Below, in pieces: positions 56,747 to 64,000 of a DNA stretch of 64,000 nt. The DNA comes from a virus. Taxonomy: Duplodnaviria > Heunggongvirae > Uroviricota > Caudoviricetes. Below the pieces are notes generated by a model. That model had not been told where the DNA came from and made no database searches. It was given only the letters and a program-made list of their open reading frames with translations. How positions within the stretch are numbered: the first letter of the stretch is position 1; each line of letters begins with the position of its first letter. A program made the position numbers and the translations under genes. The stretch covers positions 91,127 to 155,126 of the IMG/VR virus record IMGVR_UViG_3300031760_000006, one strand, 5' to 3'.

Positions 56747-57538
56747 ATGGCATTTAATGACGAACTTGGCAACAGAATGAAACAAAATTATGAAACAATT
56801 TCTAAAACAAGATTAATTCGTAGAACACCAGTAGCCATTCGCATTGATGGTAAAGCTTTTCACACTTTTACTAGAGGTTTTAAAAAGCCATTTGATGATA
56901 TTCTTATCAAATCAATGCAAGAGACCATGAAATATCTTTGTGAGAATATTCAAGGCTGTGTACTTGGTTATACACAGTCAGATGAGATTACATTAATTCT
57001 ACAGGACTACAAAACTTTTGAGACTCAAGCTTGGTTTGATTATGAAGTCCAGAAGATGTGCAGCGTTTCGGCATCAATGGCAACGATGGTTTTTAACAAA
57101 AAGTTTAAAGAGATGGCTTATTGTTTTGTTGATGAAAATGAAGATAATGATAGTATTTGTAATTACTGTGACACTTTAATGAAAGCCGTAGAAAAAGGAG
57201 CAATGTTTGACTCTCGCTGTTTCAACATTCCTAAAGAAGAGGTAACCAATCTACTATTTTGGCGACAGCTTGACGCATCCCGAAATTCCGTTCAGATGGT
57301 TGGTCGTGCTAATTTTTCTCATAAAGAATTACATGGTAAAAACTCCTCTCAGATTGATGAGATGTTATTAGCAAAAGGAATTGATTTTCATACATACCCT
57401 ACACATCAAAAACGTGGTTCTTGTTGTATTAAAGATAAAGATGGACATTGGTTTGTTGATAATGAGATTCCTATGTTTAAAGGCGAAGGTAGAGAATATA
57501 TTGAGAAATTGATTAATTGTGAGGAGGTAACAGCATGA
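56747..57538 (+). CDS. Thg1-like protein (tRNA-His guanylyltransferase family, 3'-5' nucleotidyltransferase)
   Basis: AIRIDGKAFHTFTRGFKKPFDD and GYTQSDEITLIL match the Thg1/TLP palm motifs. Confidence 0.75.
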   Translation: MAFNDELGNRMKQNYETISKTRLIRRTPVAIRIDGKAFHTFTRGFKKPFDDILIKSMQETMKYLCENIQGCVLGYTQSDEITLILQDYKTFETQAWFDYEVQKMCSVSASMATMVFNKKFKEMAYCFVDENEDNDSICNYCDTLMKAVEKGAMFDSRCFNIPKEEVTNLLFWRQLDASRNSVQMVGRANFSHKELHGKNSSQIDEMLLAKGIDFHTYPTHQKRGSCCIKDKDGHWFVDNEIPMFKGEGREYIEKLINCEEVTA

Positions 57539-58038
57539 AAACCCTGTTAAATGAGAACACGCCAGAATTTCAGAAGATTTACAAAGAGTGGCAAGAATAT
57601 GTTACACATATAAAAACTATTGAAGAATTTAATGATTTCTTTAATGATTTAATGAATAATTATTATTTTGATTACGGAACGCAATGTAGAGCAATAGGAT
57701 TATTAGCTGCAGCTGCCGCTTGGCTTGGTGCTAATACTGAACTTATCACTGGGTTTCAAGCAAGTTGTGCAATGTGGGAATTCATTCGGAATTGGATTTA
57801 TATAGATAACAAAACAGGATTAAAAATGGTGGATTATGACAATATGCTTTACCCTCAATACGAATATAAATTTGACAAAACAATATCCCCTGAAACTTGG
57901 AGTGCCTTACAGAACGAAGCCAGCAGAAAACTTCAAGAATCAAGTGGGTTTGTTCATCCAGATGTTGAGGAGCATTGGAAAAGCATTGTTGATGGAAAAG
58001 TGCCTTTTGGTTACAAAGTAAAAAATGAGGAGAATTGA
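57535..58038 (+). CDS. hypothetical protein
   Basis: 167-aa ORF with a 4-nt overlap to the Thg1-like gene. Confidence 0.45.
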   Translation: MKTLLNENTPEFQKIYKEWQEYVTHIKTIEEFNDFFNDLMNNYYFDYGTQCRAIGLLAAAAAWLGANTELITGFQASCAMWEFIRNWIYIDNKTGLKMVDYDNMLYPQYEYKFDKTISPETWSALQNEASRKLQESSGFVHPDVEEHWKSIVDGKVPFGYKVKNEEN

Positions 58039-58039
58039 T

Positions 58040-58234
58040 ATGGCTAAATTCAGAGAAACACCTTGTATCTATTACATTTGCAAAGGCGAATGCGAAAAGA
58101 ACCGTGACGCATCTTACAAAGGTTACTGTCAGAAGTGCGACAAGTATACTCCCAGAGCTAAGATGAAACATAAAAACCGTAAGAAAGAATATAACGAGAA
58201 ACAGCGAGGTAATATTAATGGAAAGGATTATTAA
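58040..58234 (+). CDS. small basic Cys-rich protein
   Basis: Start at MAKFRETP, 7 nt after a GAGGAG RBS. Confidence 0.35.
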   Translation: MAKFRETPCIYYICKGECEKNRDASYKGYCQKCDKYTPRAKMKHKNRKKEYNEKQRGNINGKDY

Positions 58235-58589
58235 GTATATTGCTTCTGATGGTAAAGAATTTAGTGACGCAAATGAATGTATGAATTATGACATTAATCT
58301 TTTTAAACCAAATGAAGATGAGTTGGTTTTATTAGATGTATCTGCAAATGTTCTTCCTATATCTTTCCAAAACGTCTGTGACTGTGAGTATATGTCGATT
58401 AAAAGCCACAAGGCTTTGAAATATGTAGAAATGATTGGCGAAGAGTATGGTTTTGCCGTGCCAGATAAATGCGGTAACTTTTTTTGTGATGACACATCGC
58501 CTAGCTGGTGGTCTGATGTTAAAAAAATATTTGACGATGCTTTAAAAATTGCAAAGGCTTTTGGGGTAAAGATTAATGAAGAAAAGTAG
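58218..58589 (+). CDS. paralog family member (KYIASDGKEFSDANEC ... YGFAVPDKCGNF)
   Basis: Shared motifs with 55407..55775 and 51050..51319. Confidence 0.45.
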   Translation: MERIIKYIASDGKEFSDANECMNYDINLFKPNEDELVLLDVSANVLPISFQNVCDCEYMSIKSHKALKYVEMIGEEYGFAVPDKCGNFFCDDTSPSWWSDVKKIFDDALKIAKAFGVKINEEK

Positions 58590-58767
58590 AAAATCAAGGT
58601 ACGCTACGAAAGAAGAAGTTAGAGAAGTTATCAAGAAATGGGAAAAATCTGATAAGAAGATGAGTGATAAAGATATATCCATACTTGTTTACTGTGCCAA
58701 GGGTTGGTATGCAGACAGAGAATATTCATCTTGGGATTCTGGAGATGATGGAGCTTTCACAGGTTAG
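58576..58767 (+). CDS. small hypothetical protein
   Basis: 63-aa ORF. Confidence 0.3.
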   Translation: MKKSRKSRYATKEEVREVIKKWEKSDKKMSDKDISILVYCAKGWYADREYSSWDSGDDGAFTG

Positions 58768-58775
58768 GGGGATAT

Positions 58776-59717
58776 ATGAATATAAAACCAAAATTAATCA
58801 TGCTATGCGGATTAAGCGGTAGTGGCAAATCAACCTATGCTAGAGATTTAATAAAACGTAAAAAACCCAACGATGATTCGGATGATGCAAATAACACTTT
58901 CCTCTTCTCTTCTGATGATTTGAGACAGGAATTATTTGGTGATGTCAATGACCAATCACATAATCAGGAATTGTTTCAAGAGCTTCGTCGCAGAATTAAA
59001 GATTGTCTCAGAAAAGGCAACAATGCAATATATGACGCAACCAATATTAAGTCAAAACTAAGAATTGCTTTCTTGAATGAGTTAAAAAACATTGATTGCT
59101 TCAAGTCTTGTCACATCATTTACCGTCCTTATAATGAGTGTTTACTAATGAATCGTGGTCGAACAAGAAGTGTGCCAGACTATGTAATCACAAGACAGTA
59201 TATGAATTGGTACACGCCTTGGTATTTCGAAGGCTGGGATGAAATCAAATGGATAGGTGATGATACGTTTTCTTGTTACTTTGCAAATGAGATAGCAAAA
59301 TATAATAATTTTTTACAGCATAATCATCATCATGAATTGACACTTGGACAGCATTGTTTTGAAGCCAAAGAAATAGTTGCGATGAATGTAGAAGATAATT
59401 TAAACTTGACAATTGCTGCTTGGTTACATGATATTGGCAAACCTTTTACGAAAACTTTCAAAGATTCTAAAGGCAATCCAACTAAGGATGCCCATTATTA
59501 CCAGCATCATTGTGTAGGTGCTTATGATGCACTTGGATTGTATTATGGAAGAAATCCAGAAGTTAACAAAATAAAGATATCTGCTTATATCACATACCAC
59601 ATGCATCCTTATTTTTGGAAAAATCCAAAGACAGAAGCAAGATATAGAAAACGATGGGGTAATGAATTTTTTAATGACATCATGTTGTTGCACGAAGCAG
59701 ATAAATTGGCACATTAG
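58776..59717 (+). CDS. P-loop polynucleotide-kinase-like domain fused to HD-superfamily phosphohydrolase
   Basis: Walker A motif LCGLSGSGKST. The C-terminal HD motif is LHDIGK, with His residues upstream. Confidence 0.55.
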   Translation: MNIKPKLIMLCGLSGSGKSTYARDLIKRKKPNDDSDDANNTFLFSSDDLRQELFGDVNDQSHNQELFQELRRRIKDCLRKGNNAIYDATNIKSKLRIAFLNELKNIDCFKSCHIIYRPYNECLLMNRGRTRSVPDYVITRQYMNWYTPWYFEGWDEIKWIGDDTFSCYFANEIAKYNNFLQHNHHHELTLGQHCFEAKEIVAMNVEDNLNLTIAAWLHDIGKPFTKTFKDSKGNPTKDAHYYQHHCVGAYDALGLYYGRNPEVNKIKISAYITYHMHPYFWKNPKTEARYRKRWGNEFFNDIMLLHEADKLAH

Positions 59718-59725
59718 GAGGAGTT

Positions 59726-60169
59726 ATGAGTAATTTTGTTACTGTCTACAAGTGTCCTTTTAAAGAAGAATGCACAGAGGTGTATACACTTAGGTATTTT
59801 GGTGATAATTGTGTTAGAAATAGATGTTGTTGCATATTGGAGGTTGACTTAGACCATGAAAACCGTCCAAAAACGGCAGAAAATTTTTTAAAAAGTGTAC
59901 TAGAGTATTATGGCGACAATTTGACCAAAGACGAGAAAAACTACATAGAATACTGCGTACATAAATTCTATAAAAATCTAAAAGGAGAAAACATGAATAA
60001 TAAAAAGAAAATCACCTTTACAATAGAAGCTGACGATTTTGATTCGGTTGATAGCATCGAGGTTAATTTCAAAGACAAAAACAGCTATGACCATTTAACT
60101 ACAAAAACAACTTACGATGAGAATGGCAGACCTGTTCGCATGGTAAGTGAATACGCAAACGAGGAGTAA
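59726..60169 (+). CDS. hypothetical protein
   Basis: 147-aa ORF. Confidence 0.4.
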   Translation: MSNFVTVYKCPFKEECTEVYTLRYFGDNCVRNRCCCILEVDLDHENRPKTAENFLKSVLEYYGDNLTKDEKNYIEYCVHKFYKNLKGENMNNKKKITFTIEADDFDSVDSIEVNFKDKNSYDHLTTKTTYDENGRPVRMVSEYANEE

Positions 60170-60171
60170 AT

Positions 60172-60405
60172 ATGAGCAACAAAATTATTAAAGATAGAAT
60201 CTTAGAAACAGATAAAGTCGATGCCGACAATTTAAACAACGAACTACTCAGAATCACTGTCGGTAATCGTACTATGGACTTTAACGAATCAACTTTCCCA
60301 TACGCTATCAAAATCATTGTAAACCACTGGCTTGATAGAAAGCGGTTTAAAGCTGGTTATTGGAAGAAATGGGAACGAGCAAGAAAGAATAACGGAGGAA
60401 ATTAA
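60172..60405 (+). CDS. small hypothetical protein
   Basis: 77-aa ORF. Confidence 0.35.
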   Translation: MSNKIIKDRILETDKVDADNLNNELLRITVGNRTMDFNESTFPYAIKIIVNHWLDRKRFKAGYWKKWERARKNNGGN

Positions 60406-60406
60406 A

Positions 60407-60604
60407 ATGAGAAATCCGAATAGATTAGACGCCTTTTACGATGAATTTAGAGAGTTACATAAAGAATGTTTTCCAGATTGGCGATTTGGTCAGTTAATTA
60501 TTAATTTTTTTAGTTCCTTTAATAGTGACCCTTGGTTTTATGAAGAAGATAAAATGTTGAAATTATTTAAAGATTATTGCAATAAATATGGGAGATTACA
60601 ATGA
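60407..60604 (+). CDS. small hypothetical protein
   Basis: Start at MRNPNRLD with a GGAGG RBS. Confidence 0.35.
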   Translation: MRNPNRLDAFYDEFRELHKECFPDWRFGQLIINFFSSFNSDPWFYEEDKMLKLFKDYCNKYGRLQ

Positions 60605-60798
60605 GGTTGTGGACTAAGTGCGACAGATGCGGAAAATACATTGCTGTAAATTTAGACCGTGGAGCAAAGAACGATGTTTATAAAGTTTCTTGCAATGACG
60701 TAGAACTTGCTACTCTTTGTGTTACTTGTCATCAGTATTTAAATAACTGGCTTAAAGGTCGTGGAGACTACGGAGTTATAAGAGTTGAAGATAATTAA
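60601..60798 (+). CDS. small zinc-ribbon protein (CDRCGKY...CVTCHQY)
   Basis: 65-aa ORF. Confidence 0.35.
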   Translation: MRLWTKCDRCGKYIAVNLDRGAKNDVYKVSCNDVELATLCVTCHQYLNNWLKGRGDYGVIRVEDN

Positions 60799-60985
60799 AA
60801 GGAGAAATACGGTAACATGAAATCTGATTTTATAATAAACGAATATGAATTTAAAGCGGTGATTACTGGTAAAATCATCGGCGAAAGCTACATAGATGCA
60901 TTAGAAAATATGTTTATCCCCGGCATGATGACTGAGGTAAATAAAGTAAAGCTTAAAGAGATTGATAAAGTTGGAGAAAATATAA

Positions 60986-61291
60986 ATGATTAATTATAAA
61001 TTTAGTTTCAAAGATACTTTAGAACGAGAAAAGCATATGGTGTTTACAAGTGATATGTCAGAACGAACAATGAAAGCATTGGCTCACCATGATAATGTCA
61101 TTAAAGCGTTAGAAAAACAAATACCTAAGAGACCTATTTGGGAAGGTGACGGATATTCTGACGGAGAGATGGTTTATGACACATGGTATTGTCCTAATTG
61201 CGATTATGGTTTTGATGAAGATGAGCCTCACTGGTTTTGTCCAGTGTGCGGACAGGCAATTGATTGGAGCGAAGAAGGAGGCGACAAATGA
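60986..61291 (+). CDS. zinc-ribbon protein (WYCPNCDY...WFCPVCGQ)
   Basis: 101-aa ORF. Confidence 0.4.
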   Translation: MINYKFSFKDTLEREKHMVFTSDMSERTMKALAHHDNVIKALEKQIPKRPIWEGDGYSDGEMVYDTWYCPNCDYGFDEDEPHWFCPVCGQAIDWSEEGGDK

Positions 61292-61506
61292 GAAAAGAAG
61301 ATGTTGTTTTTCATGAAGACGATGAATATGTTGTAATGGAAGAAGACGGATGGAAGATTTTACTATGTGTAAATCATTTTAAATGCATGTTTGGATACGA
61401 TGTAGAAAATCCCAATGGTGGTAGCTACGGTTTGTATACATGGGATATCTATGAAGCAATTGAAAAATTAAATGAATTAAAAAAGGAATATAAGAATGAA
61501 AGATAA
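61264..61506 (+). CDS. small hypothetical protein
   Basis: 80-aa ORF. Confidence 0.3.
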   Translation: MERRRRRQMRKEDVVFHEDDEYVVMEEDGWKILLCVNHFKCMFGYDVENPNGGSYGLYTWDIYEAIEKLNELKKEYKNER

Positions 61507-62617
61507 TAATCATAATAATGGTAAAAAAATAATATACCTAGATTCGGCGGCAACAACTAAACCAACTCCTCAAGTGATAAACGATTTTGTTTGGGCATCT
61601 AAAAACTGTTGGTATAATCCATCTGCTATTTATCAAGGCGGTGTTGAAGCGAGAACACTAATAGAAAATGCTCGTAAAATTTGTGCCGAAAGCATTAATT
61701 GCTCCCCAGAAGAGATTTATTTTACATCTGGCGGTACTGAAAGTAATAATTGGGCATTAGCAGACATTAAAACGTACTGCTCATGGATAGAACATCCAAG
61801 TGTTTATGACAACTGCTATTATTCGTTATTTAAAGTTGATGAACATGGTTTTATTTACAAAGGTGGTTTATATAGCACTGAAGAAGATGATGTTGTAAGT
61901 ATCCAATTGGCAAACAATGAGATAGGCACTATACAGGACATCGAATCAATATCTAAAATAGTTCATGATGCAAATGCTATTCTTCATGTTGATGCTGTAC
62001 AGGCTTATATGCATATTCCAATTGACGTAAAAGAATTGGGCATTGATATGATGAGTGTATCTGGACATAAATTCGGAGCATTAAAAGGGACTGGTTTTTT
62101 ATATGTAAATAAACATATTAATTTTGAACCAATGTTACTTGGTGGCCATCAAGAGATGAATATGAGAGCTGGCACAGAGAATGTTGCAGGAATTTACGCA
62201 ATGGGTAACAGAGTAAAGTACATCATGGAACATGGTTACAATGTAGTTCATGTGGCAAATATCACTCGTAAACTTAGCAAAGCTATTTACGAAAAATGCG
62301 GTGACTTATGTGAGATAATTGCTAACGGTGCTGAAGATACTAAATGGCGGTTGCCTAACAATCTAAGTCTCACCTTCCGAGGAATCAATGCAGAAGCTCT
62401 TTTGATTATGTTATCCGAACAAGGTATCTATTGTAGTGCTGGTTCTGCTTGCAGTGCCGGGTTGCCCGAGCCGAGCCGTGTGCTTAAAGCGATTGGATTA
62501 AGTGATGAAGATGCTAAGAGTACTTTAAGATTTACAGTTACTGAAGATTTGACTGATGAAGATATTGATTATGTTGCTGATACATTGAAACGATTGATTC
62601 CAATGGCTAAAAAATAA
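61496..62617 (+). CDS. cysteine desulfurase (class V PLP aminotransferase, NifS/IscS-like)
   Basis: The N-terminus YLDSAATTKP matches. FTSGGTESNNWAL matches. The PLP-lysine motif is SVSGHKFGALKGTGFLYV. Confidence 0.8.
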   Translation: MKDNNHNNGKKIIYLDSAATTKPTPQVINDFVWASKNCWYNPSAIYQGGVEARTLIENARKICAESINCSPEEIYFTSGGTESNNWALADIKTYCSWIEHPSVYDNCYYSLFKVDEHGFIYKGGLYSTEEDDVVSIQLANNEIGTIQDIESISKIVHDANAILHVDAVQAYMHIPIDVKELGIDMMSVSGHKFGALKGTGFLYVNKHINFEPMLLGGHQEMNMRAGTENVAGIYAMGNRVKYIMEHGYNVVHVANITRKLSKAIYEKCGDLCEIIANGAEDTKWRLPNNLSLTFRGINAEALLIMLSEQGIYCSAGSACSAGLPEPSRVLKAIGLSDEDAKSTLRFTVTEDLTDEDIDYVADTLKRLIPMAKK

Positions 62618-62678
62618 TATTATTATCACACTAAATTAAATTTATCACTAGAATTTATTACTTATCAAGGGGTGGACA

Positions 62679-64000
62679 ATGGGAAAATATGGTTACAAAA
62701 TACACAACTATGCCGCAGGTTCTATTTACGAGAAAATGACAGGTGTTCGTGAAATTTACGATTGCAAAGACGCTATGCTCACAAACAGTCTATTTTTAGA
62801 CTACATAAAAACATTACCAGATTTTGAAGCAATTAACGATGAGTCCACTCGTGATATTATCTGTATTGAGTTTAATTACGGTTCTAGAACTTACGAACAA
62901 GAAAAGAAGCATTTAGAAAAATTAATTAAAGAAACTGAATTAGATACTAAACGTACTGAAGATAAAAAGGCGGCACGATTAGAACGGCTACATGAATTGT
63001 TAGATTCGTGTGAAACCAATAAGGATAAATACGACAAAAAATCTGCCGCCGAAATTCGTAAAATCTTCTACAACGAAGGCGTGACCATCGAGTATAAGCA
63101 CGTTAATAAGTTTAAGAAAGAGACATTTACTTATATTAATTATAAGATGCTCTATCGTACTCCCGGCAAGGCGAAAAAAGGTAGCTGTATGTTTATCAAG
63201 GATTCCCTGTATGAGAAGGCTAGAAATTTTTTATACATGGGAATCCAGTTGCCTGAGAAGAATGCTCCCATTGTCGAAATTGGTGCTTACTCTTCCCTCG
63301 CAACTTCTACTATTATTGATAAGATACAGATAAAACCAGAAGAGATTCTCATTGTTGAAGATGTAGATTCAGTTTTTAAAACAAAGGTAGTATCTGTAGA
63401 ATTGGATGAAGATAAATGGTGTCAGGCGGTAACAAGAAACGATTACACGGTTAAGAATACTCTTTTTGATGGTCAGGCATTAATTGATTCTTCTATCTTT
63501 CCTGATTGGGGCAATGGGTACGTTTTATTAAGACAGCACTTTTTTAAAGCCGCTGCTTTTTGCTCCCATATTCAGAAGTTTTTTAAAGACTATTATGGTG
63601 ATGATTACGAAACTGCCACTGTTAAAGATATGTGGGGTCGAGAAATACCTGTTAAAAATATTAAGTTTATAACTACTGACAATGCTATCAAATGGCTTAA
63701 GTTTGACATTAGCTTTAACTATTGGAGTGAATGGGTAAGATTAAACGGTAGCTATTTCGGTATTGTTAAAACAGCTCATCCAAGTAAATTAGGCGATGTC
63801 CAGCGTATGAGTTATCAAATGATAAATGCGTTAGATATTGACACAATGGATAAAGTTGTTGAAACATCTGTTGATTATATTCACAGTCTTAAAAAAGATA
63901 ATGATGTCTTCTTAGACTATTTAGATAAAAATAAGAACTTTTCTAATGATTATGAAGCATTGGTCGCTTTAGTTCATCAAGATAGGGATTTTCTTAGAAG
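62679..64000 (+). CDS. large hypothetical protein, 5' partial view. The ORF continues past the window end.
   Basis: The frame is open from ATG 62679 to 64000 (more than 440 codons, no stop when read by hand). RBS AAGGGG. Absent from the track because it is incomplete. Confidence 0.45.
   Translation, partial: MGKYGYKIHNYAAGSIYEKMTGVREIYDCKDAMLTNSLFLDYIKTLPDFEAINDESTRDIICIEFNYGSRTYEQEKKHLEKLIKETELDTKRTEDKKAARLERLHELLDSCETNKDKYDKKSAAEIRKIFYNEGVTIEYKHVNKFKKETFTYINYKMLYRTPGKAKKGSCMFIKDSLYEKARNFLYMGIQLPEKNAPIVEIGAYSSLATSTIIDKIQIKPEEILIVEDVDSVFKTKVVSVELDEDKWCQAVTRNDYTVKNTLFDGQALIDSSIFPDWGNGYVLLRQHFFKAAAFCSHIQKFFKDYYGDDYETATVKDMWGREIPVKNIKFITTDNAIKWLKFDISFNYWSEWVRLNGSYFGIVKTAHPSKLGDVQRMSYQMINALDIDTMDKVVETSVDYIHSLKKDNDVFLDYLDKNKNFSNDYEALVALVHQDRDFLR

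Noticed and set aside
1-64000. Assigning the phage to a Bacteroides-infecting family (crAss-like or Quimbyviridae) on the basis of AT-richness and the presence of an RT.
   Set aside because: Canonical TTGACA/TATAAT promoters, strong Shine-Dalgarno sites and DnaA boxes fit a Firmicutes-type host better. No family assignment can be made from sequence inspection alone.

Overview
The window looks like the non-structural (early, replication and accessory) part of a tailed phage or prophage from a low-GC Gram-positive host. This is inferred from about 33% GC overall, strong AGGAGG-type ribosome-binding sites, and canonical TG-extended sigma70 promoters. Positions 1–49.3 kb are one leftward (minus-strand) transcription arm. 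It begins with a tandem array of small Cys-rich paralog genes. A replication module follows: RecD-like helicase, PHP/DnaE-like DNA polymerase, Cas4-like nuclease, primase, DnaB-like helicase, ATPase, SSB-like protein and NAD-dependent DNA ligase. Next come a tyrosine integrase with a ParB/DGQHR-like protein, then many small accessory genes, including acidic paralogs and a small SAM methyltransferase. A reverse transcriptase gene is followed by three tandem cassettes, each carrying a different long GC-rich perfect hairpin. A replisome-organizer-like gene carries iterons inside its coding sequence. A 1.5 kb ORF-free, GC-elevated region contains tRNA T-arm-like motifs. Around 49.3–50.1 kb there is a divergent control region with three perfect DnaA boxes and a consensus promoter. 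Positions 50–64 kb run rightward (plus strand). They encode an SPFH/band-7 membrane protein, dispersed paralog families, and an apparent RNA/tRNA repair and modification cluster: an Rnl2-like RNA ligase with an N-terminal tRNA-binding domain, a Thg1-like 3'-5' nucleotidyltransferase, a P-loop kinase with an HD phosphohydrolase, and a NifS-like cysteine desulfurase. The two most notable candidates are the RT-associated hairpin-cassette array and the phage-borne RNA repair cluster. No capsid, tail or terminase genes are recognisable in the window.
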